A stretch of 32,000 nt of DNA, taken from Desulfocapsa sulfexigens DSM 10523. Lineage in GTDB: Bacteria > Desulfobacterota > Desulfobulbia > Desulfobulbales > Desulfocapsaceae. A model generated the notes under the pieces. The model was given only the letters and a program-made list of their open reading frames with translations, ran no database searches and was not told the origin of the DNA. The first letter of the stretch is position 1; each line of letters opens with the position of its first letter. Positions 9,264 to 19,229 of the stretch are shown in pieces. The stretch is from positions 300,001 to 332,000 of the forward strand of contig NC_020304.1 in NCBI RefSeq assembly GCF_000341395.1. Reading direction: 5' to 3'. The translations under genes and the position numbers were made by a program.

Positions 9264-9602
9264 ATGTCAAAGGAACAGAGGAAACATCAAAGAAATCCGG
9301 CCAATGGAAACCTACGAATCAAAACTTCCCTCACGGGTATTGCCTATACCGTATCATTACGGGATGTCAGCAAAGGCGGAGCATTTGTACACACCCTGCA
9401 TCTTCCAAGGCTGAACGAAACAATCAGCTTCGAAATTCTTGATGAGTACGGCCTGCAGCTGATCAGGGGACATGGGAAGGTGGTTCGAATTGTGGAAAGG
9501 GCTCTTGATACAGCTACCGGTTTTGCAGTACGTTTTAATGAATTACTGGATCCGGCAATGCTGGACTATCTGTGCGCTGTTCGCCTTCAGGAAACAGCCT
9601 AG
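9264..9602 (+). CDS. PilZ domain protein (putative c-di-GMP binding)
   Basis: 'RKHQRNPANGNLRIKTSLTGIAYTVSLRDVSKGGAFVHT' resembles PilZ RxxxR...DxSxxG architecture. Confidence 0.7.
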   Translation: MSKEQRKHQRNPANGNLRIKTSLTGIAYTVSLRDVSKGGAFVHTLHLPRLNETISFEILDEYGLQLIRGHGKVVRIVERALDTATGFAVRFNELLDPAMLDYLCAVRLQETA

Positions 9603-9658
9603 GAGCTAATCCGCATCTCCGAAGAGTTGAGGTAGCTGCTCATACGGGAAACAAAAGT

Positions 9659-11581
9659 CTACCAACCACCTCCGCCACCACCACCTGAGCTGCCACCACC
9701 ACTACTGCCACCGGATGAGGATCCACCACCACTTGCAGTAAGTGAGCCCACCGCCATACTCCATGAGCCACTCGCTCCGCCACCGCCAAAGGCCCCACCA
9801 CCACCGGTAAAACCCGATGTCGACGAACCACTGCCAATTCCCGTTGAACTGAGATGACCTACGCTGCCACCAAACTTTCGAAACCATGAATCAACGTCCA
9901 TCCCCAGGCCAAAGGCGAGGAGATAGGGGAACCAGTCGTCTTTGATCCTGGGATTCTTCTGAGCCAACTCCTGTTTGAAAAAGTTTCTGGCCGCGGCAAA
10001 ATTTCTTCGTAAAACAAGCCCTTCTTTACTTTCCCTGGATTTGGAGAGGTTAATAATATTGTTGCTGAAAGACAATGCCAGGCAGAACAGTCCGAAGAGG
10101 AGCAGACTGGACGCCGGAAAGAATAAGAGCACAGCAAAATCTATCAGAATAAACCAGAGAGAAAAGATTATCGCAGCCAATCGTACCTTCAGCGAGAGAA
10201 CAGAATGACGATAGCTGTAGGCGCAGACACAACCAAAAATCCATGAAAAAAGTAGTCCTGCCATACCTCCAACCTGTAACGGGACAAATTCGGCCTGATG
10301 CAGAAAAGCATTCCCAAGTAAAAGAAAGCAACCAGCGACACCTAACAGCACCGTAGGTATCCAGATCATTCCAAGAACAGAATTCCCTTCATCGACAAGC
10401 TTTTTCATCTGCCTTTGCAGGGGGTCCTGTATTTTAAGCACTGGATCAAATGTCTTTCGTTTTTTGCGATAATATTCACGAATGGTTTTGGTGTCTGTTA
10501 TGTCCGAATTTTCGTCCACAAACAGCCCTTTAACCAGTTTGTATTCATAGCCGGAGAACGACTCCCTGGGTTGCAGGATTTTCAGATACAAAACAGGAGG
10601 AATGCCGGGGATACTAATATTGAAGAAAGGCAGGAGATAGGGTTCCATCCAACTCTCCATTTTCCCCTCCTGTACCATTCTGGAAAGAACCGCTGCCACT
10701 TCCGCAGTAGAGGTTGTTTTATCCCAGGTAGCCCCAACTACCTCCGCCTTATGGACGAAGAGCTCTTTTTCAAGCCACTGCTCATCCACAAGGGATGTTG
10801 ACGGGAGCGGTGCAAAACGATTTAGGGATCTTTCCCATTGAAAAAAACCACGTATCTTTGTTGCAATCCAGGCAACCAAAAAGAGTAACAGCAAGAGACG
10901 GATCCAGGTAGCAGCTGGAGGCGGTGGCAGGGCCGGAGTTGCCTGAGGAAGTGGGGCCTGTTTTGTGTAGGTCATAGGCTTTTTTTCTCCTGAAAAGCTT
11001 AGCTTCTGACGCAGCACAACTCCCTCTCCGGGAGCTATGTTATTACGAACCAGAGAAATCGGTAATTGCTGCCATACAGGGTCAAAGGTCAGTTCCAAAC
11101 GAAAATTCTTAACAATTCCTGACCGATCCGGAAAACAGAAATCATGATCCAGCAGATAGTTGCCCTGTTCTGGAAGCAATAGATGACTCAGACTGTAACG
11201 AAGAATATAGGTGATGGAGGTATTGTTAAAAACAGGATCGGAAGGAAGGCGCGAACGCCAGCGGATTGCCGTCTGCCCGTTATGATCCCAGTGATCTACC
11301 AGTTGGAGGTTACCACGCTGTAACGGGATATTTCGACCATTGGCATCAAGCCTGCTGATCGACTCGAATTTCATCTTCTGACCAGGAAAGACACGAAATA
11401 TCCGTTCGCCACCATTCCAGTCACCCGAGAACACAATAGTTTGCTGCTCTTGAATATGAAGACGTCCATCACCATCCAGGGTTGCCCTGACTTCAATATC
11501 CTGCCAGAAGAGAGAGCGGGCCTCTGCAGCGAAAGGACACAGAAGGACGCAGAAAAGGAGGAAACGAAACACAATTAGCAT
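9659..11581 (-). CDS. DUF2207 domain-containing membrane protein with Gly/Ser-rich C-terminus
   Basis: Signal peptide, 'IEVRATLDGDGRLHIQEQQTIVFSGDWNGGERIFRVFPGQ', several TM segments, and the terminal 'GGGSSSGGSSGGGSSGGGGGGGW'. Confidence 0.85.
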   Translation of the reverse strand: MLIVFRFLLFCVLLCPFAAEARSLFWQDIEVRATLDGDGRLHIQEQQTIVFSGDWNGGERIFRVFPGQKMKFESISRLDANGRNIPLQRGNLQLVDHWDHNGQTAIRWRSRLPSDPVFNNTSITYILRYSLSHLLLPEQGNYLLDHDFCFPDRSGIVKNFRLELTFDPVWQQLPISLVRNNIAPGEGVVLRQKLSFSGEKKPMTYTKQAPLPQATPALPPPPAATWIRLLLLLFLVAWIATKIRGFFQWERSLNRFAPLPSTSLVDEQWLEKELFVHKAEVVGATWDKTTSTAEVAAVLSRMVQEGKMESWMEPYLLPFFNISIPGIPPVLYLKILQPRESFSGYEYKLVKGLFVDENSDITDTKTIREYYRKKRKTFDPVLKIQDPLQRQMKKLVDEGNSVLGMIWIPTVLLGVAGCFLLLGNAFLHQAEFVPLQVGGMAGLLFSWIFGCVCAYSYRHSVLSLKVRLAAIIFSLWFILIDFAVLLFFPASSLLLFGLFCLALSFSNNIINLSKSRESKEGLVLRRNFAAARNFFKQELAQKNPRIKDDWFPYLLAFGLGMDVDSWFRKFGGSVGHLSSTGIGSGSSTSGFTGGGGAFGGGGASGSWSMAVGSLTASGGGSSSGGSSGGGSSGGGGGGGW

Positions 11582-11673
11582 ATCTGAGCACCATAGCCTT
11601 CCATTAGATTCCCTCTAACAGTTTACTTCAGGTTGTTTTTTCTCCAGAAATACAGACAACCATATACAATAAT

Positions 11674-13110
11674 TTACGGAACCTCTCTTACAAGGGATAT
11701 TTTCTCCAACGTTCTCCTGAGCAGAGTAGCCATATCCACACGAATCTCAGCATCCTGTTCCGAGTGTTCGTTTTTTTGCACTATTTCAAAAAAACGATTG
11801 CAGACCTTACGCTCCTCTCTGTTCCAATCGGCACTGTAGCCCACTTTTGCAGGAAGCATAGCATCATCGGAGGACGAGGTTTGGTAATCTCTCCGTCCAT
11901 GAGCCCAGTTTATGATATGGCTGTAGAAGAGAAACTGTCGATCAAGCAGCACAAAAAGAAGCTGGATATTTTTTACCGGCCCAACCGTCAGCTGCTGCGC
12001 ATCAAGACGCATCCCCAGAAGGCGTGTGCCTGACAACAATTCTCGTCCCTTCAGTGCTGTCCCCGCAGCCCCCACAATCCCGCCAATGGTTGAAAAAATC
12101 CCAAAGGAAAGTCCGGCAGCAGCCACATCAATACCGGCACCAACGGCAGCACCACCCAATGCTCCTGCCATGATCAGCTGTGAAGAACTCAACCCAAGAA
12201 ACTCCCAGGTTTTTTCTGCGAACAGATCCTCCTGAAGAATGGAGTGAGGCGGCAGATCAAGGTTGAAGATATTGTGTTTATAAAGATCCCGCATCTGTTG
12301 CTGACACTTCTTCTCCTGCTGGCGAAGGAAATGTTCATACTGTCCGTGGATTTTTTTCTTCAAAGCCCCCTCGTCATCTCCTGGCTGTAACGATATAGAG
12401 CGGTGGTAAGTAAGCCCCTCTTCCACAAGACCAAGCAGCAGCTCCACCACCTGGGTGTTACGCTGCTGCCAGTCATTCTTAAAAGCAATTATCACCTGAT
12501 CAACTATGGGCTGCAGATTCTGATCGATTCCCTTGAGGCTCTCCAGCAGTGCAATACGTTCCTGGTAGGTGGCCCGGCAGGAGTTAAAAAGCCGGATGGA
12601 GTTAAAATGTTTTCTGAATTCCAACTGCCACTTCCCCAGCCATCCCGTCTCTTCAACCTTGCAATTGATAATCGCCATGCGCGGACAGCCGGTGAGACGC
12701 AGAATCTCCATCTCCGCTTTGTCCATATTACGAAGCGGCCTTGAGCCATCGACAACAAAGATAATCCCAGCCCCCCGCAACAGTGGCTGCAGAAGTTCAC
12801 AATCATCCTTAAAATCGGGATCACCAATGTGAGCTGCAATAAAGTCTGCTATCAGGGTATCATCGTTTCCCTGGTATTCCTGCATCCATTGCAGTGTCCT
12901 TCGCGGATTTTGAAAACCCGGGGTATCGGTGAATCTGATTATTTCCCTGCCATCAATAGTGACCGGAAAAATCTGACATTGTCTGGTTTCCCCCGGCATT
13001 GGGCTGATACGTACGGAATCATCTTCAGCAAGGGTAGACAATACCGAGGACTTGCCTTCGTTCGGATGGCCGATCACCGCAAATTCAGGAATTTTCCTCT
13101 CTTCTATCAT
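11674..13110 (-). CDS. Era-like P-loop GTPase with a C-terminal DUF3482-type region
   Basis: G1 'GHPNEGKSSVLSTL', G3 'DTPGFQNP', and long C-terminal helical region. Its start overlaps the 3' end of the DUF2868 gene. Confidence 0.82.
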   Translation of the reverse strand: MIEERKIPEFAVIGHPNEGKSSVLSTLAEDDSVRISPMPGETRQCQIFPVTIDGREIIRFTDTPGFQNPRRTLQWMQEYQGNDDTLIADFIAAHIGDPDFKDDCELLQPLLRGAGIIFVVDGSRPLRNMDKAEMEILRLTGCPRMAIINCKVEETGWLGKWQLEFRKHFNSIRLFNSCRATYQERIALLESLKGIDQNLQPIVDQVIIAFKNDWQQRNTQVVELLLGLVEEGLTYHRSISLQPGDDEGALKKKIHGQYEHFLRQQEKKCQQQMRDLYKHNIFNLDLPPHSILQEDLFAEKTWEFLGLSSSQLIMAGALGGAAVGAGIDVAAAGLSFGIFSTIGGIVGAAGTALKGRELLSGTRLLGMRLDAQQLTVGPVKNIQLLFVLLDRQFLFYSHIINWAHGRRDYQTSSSDDAMLPAKVGYSADWNREERKVCNRFFEIVQKNEHSEQDAEIRVDMATLLRRTLEKISLVREVP

Positions 13111-14681
13111 CTCTTCACCAGGGGGCTTACCTGAAGACAGGGGTCCAGCAGTATGGCAGTTTTCTCACGCCAGACCTGAAGGTCCATCTTCGTTACCGGG
13201 GTAAAAATGGTACTCGGATCCGGTTTTCCAATGAGTCCCACAATGATGACCGTTTCTTTGCCACAGTGGAGACGAAGCTCCCGGAGAAAATGCAGCATTT
13301 CCTGAATGGGCGGCTGCCAGGCCTCCTGCAGAATCAGCAGGGGGAAACAACCTCCATCCGATTCAGGTCGCAATTGTGAAAAGATCGGGCTGCTGTCACC
13401 ATATTCATCATCAATCCGCAGCATTCCAGCAACGCCATATCCGAACACCTCCTGGCAGAGCTGTTTCATTCCGGCCGTATCACAGTCATCAAAGAGTTCA
13501 TCCGGGACAAGAGCCAGGAGTTCTCCATTTACAGTCCGGGGTTCTTCCTCCTCTCTCTGCATGGTTTTCGGAAGAGGGTCACTGGAGACACCCTGCACCT
13601 GCGGACGAGTTTCAAGCCGAGGGGAGAGAAGGCGATGGAGGAGCTGATTATGATCCGGTCGCTGTAATGAAACTCTTTTCAGAGCACGCTTACGCCCAAA
13701 GGTACCAAGCATAAAAAGAGCTATCCGGGGCAGTAGGCAGTAACAGCAGATCGCCAGACAGAGAAAGGGCCACCAGGAAACAAGATCAGTGCTTATCAAA
13801 TGATAGAAGCCATCCTTTAACACCATCCTGCTTCCTTCAATCTGGGCAGCACCGGGATAGCTTGCAGACCCCAGCAGCCAGGACCATGGCAGAGCAAGCC
13901 AGTGGACAAGACGTGCCACAAACTGAGACGAAACCTGAATGGTGGACTGCCAGCCAAAGGCCATATCCGAGCTTGCCACCTTGACCAGAAGCACCCCAAG
14001 CACTCCAAAATTAAAGGCAATCCCAAAGAGTTGAAAAAGAAGAAACAGAGGCCAGGAAAACAGCGCTCCGTAGCCCTTGCCACGGGTACGGACGGCAGCA
14101 AGAGCTCCTGCAAATTGAGATCTGCGGTGCCCCGCCATATTCTCAAAGCCGTAACGTCGTATTTTGAAAAGAAAGCTGTTAAGCCCCCTGCTCACCAGGG
14201 AAAGCAATAATGAAGAACGGAGATCAAAGCCGCGTACTCTGCGATAGCCCCACACAAAGAGTAACAGAAGCAGAAAACAGACCTGGAATCCGACAAAGAC
14301 AAGAAAAAAGAGGGACACATTTACCGGTTGCTCCCCGGAATAGCTGAGAAACGACCAGGCAAGCCCGGCACCCGAAGCCAAAGCCAGAAAGGAAAACAGC
14401 GACCAGAACAGACCATACAGCTCATACCACATCCTTCCCGGCAGCAGAGCCTGCCCACCCTGTTCCTGATTTTCCAGACGTCTCCGTTCCTGCAGCCATC
14501 GATAAATCAGCCATTCACGCTCAGGCTCTGCATCCGTCACATCTCCGCCAATTACATTGAGGTAGAGATTCCGATCCCTGTCACGCAGCACAGCTGCGCC
14601 CTCTTCTTCTTCCAGTTGTTTGTCCTGAATGAAAAAATATTCGAGATCCAGAAAATCAGGGATGCGCCACGAAGAATTCAT
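13107..14681 (-). CDS. DUF2868-type multi-TM protein, partner of the DUF3482 GTPase
   Basis: Four predicted TM blocks, 'LLPRIALFMLGTFGRKRALKRVSLQRPDHNQLLHRLL' C-terminal half, and a 4-nt overlap with the GTPase. The ORF-track start at 14741 is probably too far upstream; MNSSWRIPDF at 14681 is preferred. Confidence 0.75.
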   Translation of the reverse strand: MNSSWRIPDFLDLEYFFIQDKQLEEEEGAAVLRDRDRNLYLNVIGGDVTDAEPEREWLIYRWLQERRRLENQEQGGQALLPGRMWYELYGLFWSLFSFLALASGAGLAWSFLSYSGEQPVNVSLFFLVFVGFQVCFLLLLLFVWGYRRVRGFDLRSSLLLSLVSRGLNSFLFKIRRYGFENMAGHRRSQFAGALAAVRTRGKGYGALFSWPLFLLFQLFGIAFNFGVLGVLLVKVASSDMAFGWQSTIQVSSQFVARLVHWLALPWSWLLGSASYPGAAQIEGSRMVLKDGFYHLISTDLVSWWPFLCLAICCYCLLPRIALFMLGTFGRKRALKRVSLQRPDHNQLLHRLLSPRLETRPQVQGVSSDPLPKTMQREEEEPRTVNGELLALVPDELFDDCDTAGMKQLCQEVFGYGVAGMLRIDDEYGDSSPIFSQLRPESDGGCFPLLILQEAWQPPIQEMLHFLRELRLHCGKETVIIVGLIGKPDPSTIFTPVTKMDLQVWREKTAILLDPCLQVSPLVKR

Positions 14682-14719
14682 AACATCAGTTAATAGTTGC
14701 AGGTAAAAAAGAGTTTCTT

Positions 14720-14771
14720 TCTTTCTGTAAAAGATGCACAATACCAGTTTTCAAGTTTTTTTTACAGAAAG
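14720..14771. promoter_or_regulatory. 12-bp perfect inverted repeat in the divergent intergenic region (candidate operator or hairpin)
   Basis: CTTTCTGTAAAA (14721-14732) and TTTTACAGAAAG (14760-14771), with outer GGTAAA/TTTACC complementarity. Confidence 0.5.
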
Positions 14772-14790
14772 TTTACCATGGATTTTTATT

Positions 14791-15729
14791 GTGCAGACAA
14801 CAAGCAACTGGCGGGCCAACTTCCTCCTCCTCCTTACCGCAATGATATGGGGTTCTTCCTTCGTTGCCCAGCGTCAGGGAATGGAGCATGTCTCACCCTT
14901 TACCTTTAACGGGCTACGCTTTCTCGTTGGCGCTGTATCTCTTCTCCCCATCCTGTTCCATAGCAGGTCTAAAGAGTACAACAGCACAGGGACAATGCCA
15001 CTACTGTCATGGCCGATCATCGCAGGAGGCTTCTCCCTCGGTCTGGTTCTTTTTGCCGGTGCATCACTGCAACAGATAGGAATAGTCGAAACAACTGCAG
15101 GTAAAGCAGGGTTTATCACCGGACTTTATGTCATTATTGTTCCTCTGCTGGGACTCTTCGGAAAACAGAACACAAGATTCGGCACCTGGCTTGGTGCGTT
15201 GCTCGCTGTCATCGGGATGTATTTTTTAAGTGTCACCGATGATCTCAGCCTTTCGAGAGGTGACCTGCTGGTTCTTTGCAGCGCACTGTTCTGGGCAATG
15301 CACGTGCAATTAATTTCCAGACTGTGCCAGAAGCACGATGCCCTGCAGCTCTCCTTTTATCAATTTCTCTTCTGTGCCCTTTTCAGCCTGCTGACAGCCC
15401 TTCAATGGGAGACAATATCCCTGGCTGGAATTCGGGGTGCACTGTTTCCCATCTTCTACACCGGAATTTTCTCAGTGGGAATTGCCTACACGCTGCAGGT
15501 TGTTGCCCAGAAAAAGGCGCACCCCGCTCACGCTGCCATCATCCTCAGCCTTGAATCTGTTTTTGCGGTCCTGGCCGGCTACTTTATTCTGGGAGAAATA
15601 CTTACCCCCCGAGGACTCTTTGGCTGTAGCCTGATGCTTGCAGGAATGCTCCTGTCACAACTGCTCACCAGCAGAAATAGTGATCAAATACTAAGAGGTT
15701 CACGGTGGTACAGAAAAATATTGAACTGA
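14791..15729 (+). CDS. EamA/RhaT (DMT superfamily) transporter
   Basis: 'NFLLLLTAMIWGSSFVAQRQGMEHVSPFTFNGLRFLVGAVSLLPI' and ~10 hydrophobic segments. The frame is open from ATG 14734, but GTG 14791 gives a typical N-terminus. Confidence 0.85.
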   Translation: MQTTSNWRANFLLLLTAMIWGSSFVAQRQGMEHVSPFTFNGLRFLVGAVSLLPILFHSRSKEYNSTGTMPLLSWPIIAGGFSLGLVLFAGASLQQIGIVETTAGKAGFITGLYVIIVPLLGLFGKQNTRFGTWLGALLAVIGMYFLSVTDDLSLSRGDLLVLCSALFWAMHVQLISRLCQKHDALQLSFYQFLFCALFSLLTALQWETISLAGIRGALFPIFYTGIFSVGIAYTLQVVAQKKAHPAHAAIILSLESVFAVLAGYFILGEILTPRGLFGCSLMLAGMLLSQLLTSRNSDQILRGSRWYRKILN

Positions 15730-16550
15730 CGGTTCTCTGTGAAAACAGTGTAGCGGGCCCCTTCGGCCTTACCGGGGAGCATGGCTGGGCAGTTGGAGTG
15801 ACCACCTCAGCCACCCGTATGCTTTTTGATACAGGACAAGGATTGGGGATACTCCGCAACAGTGAAATCCTTGAGTTTGATCTCAGCAGGGTTGAAACCA
15901 TTGTCCTCAGCCACGGCCATTATGACCACTGTTCCGGATTAGCTCTGGTATTGCCACTCACCGGAAAAACAGATGTTCATATTCACCAACAGGGCTTTGG
16001 CAGACGTTGCCACAGATACAAAGGCACGATCAGAGATATAGGAATCATGGAAAAGCAGAGTAGCCTTGAATCCCTTGGCGCGCACTTCATATTCAACAAA
16101 GATTTCACGAAAATAGAAGACGGGATATATCTCAGTGGAGAAATCCCCCGCCTCACCACATTTGAAGAGCCGGACCCAAGACTTGTACGGGCAGATACAA
16201 CGGAGGAACTCTTTCCCGATCCACTCCTTGATGACCAGACCCTGATTCTCGACAGCAGGGAGGGATTAATACTTATCCTTGGCTGTGCCCATGCAGGATT
16301 AATCAATATCCTCCATCATGTTCAGCAACAGCTGCCAGGCAGACCGATCCACACAATTATTGGCGGAACCCACCTTGGTTTTGCCTCTGATGAACAGTTT
16401 AATGCCACGGTGAAGGCCCTGAGCAATTTTAACATCAAATGTCTTGCTGCAAGTCACTGCACCGGTCTGGAACGTGGAGCAGACCTGGCACAGGCATTTG
16501 GCAGCATATTTCGCTTTGCACCCGTGGGCACGAGACTACAGTTCGCCTGA
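15705..16550 (+). CDS. MBL-fold metallohydrolase
   Basis: 'VETIVLSHGHYDHCSGL' (HxHxDH), 'LILGCAHAGLINIL', 'IIGGTHLGFA', 'AASHCTG'. Confidence 0.88.
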   Translation: MVQKNIELTVLCENSVAGPFGLTGEHGWAVGVTTSATRMLFDTGQGLGILRNSEILEFDLSRVETIVLSHGHYDHCSGLALVLPLTGKTDVHIHQQGFGRRCHRYKGTIRDIGIMEKQSSLESLGAHFIFNKDFTKIEDGIYLSGEIPRLTTFEEPDPRLVRADTTEELFPDPLLDDQTLILDSREGLILILGCAHAGLINILHHVQQQLPGRPIHTIIGGTHLGFASDEQFNATVKALSNFNIKCLAASHCTGLERGADLAQAFGSIFRFAPVGTRLQFA

Positions 16551-16552
16551 TT

Positions 16553-17245
16553 ATGCTTCAGCACCATTCCACAGCACAGGAAGCATACTGCACACACTGC
16601 GGCAGTGCTCACACACTCCCCCGTGAACCGGCTATAGCAGCGGCAAAAGACCTGATGGCACGCATGGATCTGGAGCTTGCCACGGATACCCTCTATGGGG
16701 ATGCACGGGGCAAAATGTTCGGGGTACTTGTCTGCCGCACTCCCCACGGCAAGCTCACTACCTTAAAAGCCTTTTCGGGACAGTTTAATGGGCAATGGGA
16801 GCTTCAGGGCTGGGTCCCTCCCCTCTTTAACGTGAAGGACTTTCACGCCCTCAACGACCCGGTGGAAAAGCAGATCAAAGCCCTTGGCAGAGAAGCTGAA
16901 TCCAGCAGTGATCCAAGCATTCTTGAGAAACGCAGACAGCTCTCCAGGAAACTGATGAAGGATATTCACGCACTCTACAGGCTTCACAATTTCAGGGGCC
17001 AACAGTCTTCCCTTGCCGAGCTGTTGCAGGGCCGGGGAATTGCAACGGGAACAGGAGACTGTTGCGCTCCCAAACTGCTCAATTTTGCCGCTCAAAATAA
17101 TCTCCATCCCCTGGCAATCGCTGAATTCTACTGGGGGAAAACGAATAGATCTGCAACCAGACATGAAGGAAATTTCTATCTGGCCTGCACGGACAAATGC
17201 GGCCCCATTCTTGGATTTCTCCTCTGCGGCCTGGAAAAATCGTGA
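16553..17245 (+). pseudogene. N-terminal part of a large RluA-family pseudouridine synthase (probably a broken gene)
   Basis: 'GRGIATGTGDCCAPKLLNFAAQNNLHPLAIAEFYWGKT....FYLACTDKCGPILGFLLCGLEKS*' resembles the long N-terminal domain found upstream of the catalytic domain in some RluA proteins. Confidence 0.6.
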
Positions 17246-17249
17246 GAAT

Positions 17250-17366
17250 ATGGGAGAAATCACCATTCTCCACGCCTATCCTGAGTTTCTGGTCATAAAC
17301 AAACCGTGGGGCCTCCTTTCGGTACCTGAAATCGATCCGGAGGAGAAGGTAAAAAAACTTATTTGA
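17250..17366 (+). pseudogene. Truncated start of an RluA catalytic domain (38 aa)
   Basis: 'MGEITILHAYPEFLVINKPWGLLSVPEIDPEEKVKKLI*' matches the classic RluA opening 'vvNKPaGllsvpg', then stops. No catalytic HRLD segment follows. Confidence 0.65.
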
Positions 17367-17435
17367 CAGTTCTCCCAGTGAAGATGTAGAATTAATTTCT
17401 TGTTAAAATTTAATTTCTACCTATCTGGAGAACCA

Positions 17436-19154
17436 ATGAAAATCAGCGACATACCAATCCGTTGGAAAGTTCTTACTCTTGCATTACTCGGTCCTGTCAT
17501 TGTGGCCGGGATTCTCGCAGCTCAGCGGATCAGTGATATCCGAGATGGAGCCGAACAGGCTCTGATTGACAAGAGCATAGGCATCACTCTGATGGCTGAG
17601 GCCACTCGGGACCGGATGGCTGACAAGATGCGTCTTGGTGTCATAAAGCCCTTCGACGAAATGGACCCGCAGCAGATAGTTGAAGCAGTGCCTATTGTAA
17701 CTGCCCTTCAGGTTGCTGCTGACAAGGCCCAGGAAGCCGGCTATGAATTCCGATCGCCTAAAGTTTCCCCACGTAACAGCAAGAACACCCCCACTGAGCT
17801 GGAAAGAAGTGTCCTGGCTGAATTCAAAGAAGGAAGCATAGACCACAAAGTAATAGTGGAAGAAGATCAGATACGTTACTTCAGGCCAATCAGGCTAACC
17901 GAAGAATGTCTCTTCTGTCACGGTGATGACAAGGGTGACGAAGATGTTACCGGAGGTATCAAAGAGGGGTGGAAGGTAGGAGAAATACATGGTGCCTTTG
18001 AGATCATCAGTTCTCTTGAAGAAACCAACAAGGCGGTTGCTGCAGCAAAAATAACCGTTGCACTTTCAGTACTCATTATACTCGTGGTCATTGGACTGTT
18101 CTCCTGGTTTATCCTGCGGGTAAGCATTATCAGACCGTTGGATCAGGCCAAAAAGTATATTGACAAAATATCTCAGGGTGACCTGACGGTATCCGTAACA
18201 GAACCATCAAAAGACGAATTTGGCCAGATTCTTGAACGACTGGGTCATATGGCAAGAAATCTCCGGGACATGGTCGCTGAACTATCTACCACTGGACAAT
18301 CGCTGGAATCCTCTTCTGCCCGAATGGGAAAACTGGCCGATGAATTTGCAGGAGGAGCCGATGATACCGCAGGAAGATCTCAAACCGTAGCCGCTGCTGC
18401 GGAGGAAATGAGTGCCAACATGAATACCGTTGCTGCAGCAACAGAAGAGGCGTCCATAAACATTTCTCTTGTTGCCACTGCCACAGAAGAAATGACTTCT
18501 AATATCAATGGTATTGTCAGTAATACGGAGAAGGCACAGGAAATCACAAAACTGGCAGTTAACGAAGCAAGTTCAGCGTCTGAGAAGGTTGACGAACTTG
18601 GAAAAGCTGCCAGAGAAATTGGAAAGGTAACAGAGACCATAACCGAAATTTCAGAACAGACTAATTTGCTGGCACTGAATGCTACAATTGAAGCTGCACG
18701 TGCAGGAGAAGCCGGAAAAGGTTTTGCTGTTGTTGCCAATGAGATCAAAGATCTTGCCAAACAAACAGCAGAAGCCACAGGTGAAATCAAAAAACGGATC
18801 GATTCTATTCAAAACTCTACAAACTCAACCGTCAGCCAGATTGAACAGATCACCACTGTTATCACAAATGTTGATGCCATTGTCGCAACCATAGTTGATG
18901 CAGTAGATGAGCAGTCAGCTACAACAAGTGAGATAGCTGAAAACATCAGTCAGGCTTCCGCCGGTATCATGGAGGTAACTGAAAACGTAGCTCAGGTTTC
19001 AGCAGTTTCCGGCGAAGTTGCCAGGGATATTGCCGAGGTCAGTGAATCTGCTGGAGTTATAGCTACTGGAACAACGGAAATAAAAGAGAGTGCTATCGAA
19101 CTCAGCCGGCAGTCTGCTATCCTGCAGAGCATTGTTAATCGCTTTAAAATGTAA
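17436..19154 (+). CDS. Methyl-accepting chemotaxis protein with a heme-c-type (Tll0287-like/DUF3365) periplasmic sensor
   Basis: TM segments, periplasmic '[20 protein letters not shown]', HAMP, and MCP signalling hairpin '[52 protein letters not shown]'. ATG 17436 is preferred over the upstream TTG. Confidence 0.9.
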   Translation: MKISDIPIRWKVLTLALLGPVIVAGILAAQRISDIRDGAEQALIDKSIGITLMAEATRDRMADKMRLGVIKPFDEMDPQQIVEAVPIVTALQVAADKAQEAGYEFRSPKVSPRNSKNTPTELERSVLAEFKEGSIDHKVIVEEDQIRYFRPIRLTEECLFCHGDDKGDEDVTGGIKEGWKVGEIHGAFEIISSLEETNKAVAAAKITVALSVLIILVVIGLFSWFILRVSIIRPLDQAKKYIDKISQGDLTVSVTEPSKDEFGQILERLGHMARNLRDMVAELSTTGQSLESSSARMGKLADEFAGGADDTAGRSQTVAAAAEEMSANMNTVAAATEEASINISLVATATEEMTSNINGIVSNTEKAQEITKLAVNEASSASEKVDELGKAAREIGKVTETITEISEQTNLLALNATIEAARAGEAGKGFAVVANEIKDLAKQTAEATGEIKKRIDSIQNSTNSTVSQIEQITTVITNVDAIVATIVDAVDEQSATTSEIAENISQASAGIMEVTENVAQVSAVSGEVARDIAEVSESAGVIATGTTEIKESAIELSRQSAILQSIVNRFKM

Positions 19155-19194
19155 GCAAGACCCACCGTATTTAGTGCATAGCTTGCAGGCATAG

Positions 19195-19229
19195 GTCCAG
19201 AATTGGAGTAATGAATTCCAATTCTGGAC
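19195..19229 (+). terminator. 13-bp perfect hairpin downstream of the MCP gene
   Basis: GTCCAGAATTGGA / TCCAATTCTGGAC with a 9-nt loop, 40 nt past the stop. The following T-tract is weak. Confidence 0.4.

Noticed and set aside
9659-9820. Short GGT/GGC-type repeats (CCACCACCACC on the + strand)
   Set aside because: Explained by the Gly/Ser-rich C-terminal tail typical of DUF2207 proteins; not a DNA repeat element in its own right.
17400-17435. Upstream TTG start for the MCP
   Set aside because: ATG 17436 is preceded by a good CTGGAG Shine-Dalgarno-like sequence and starts a typical charged N-terminus before the TM segment.
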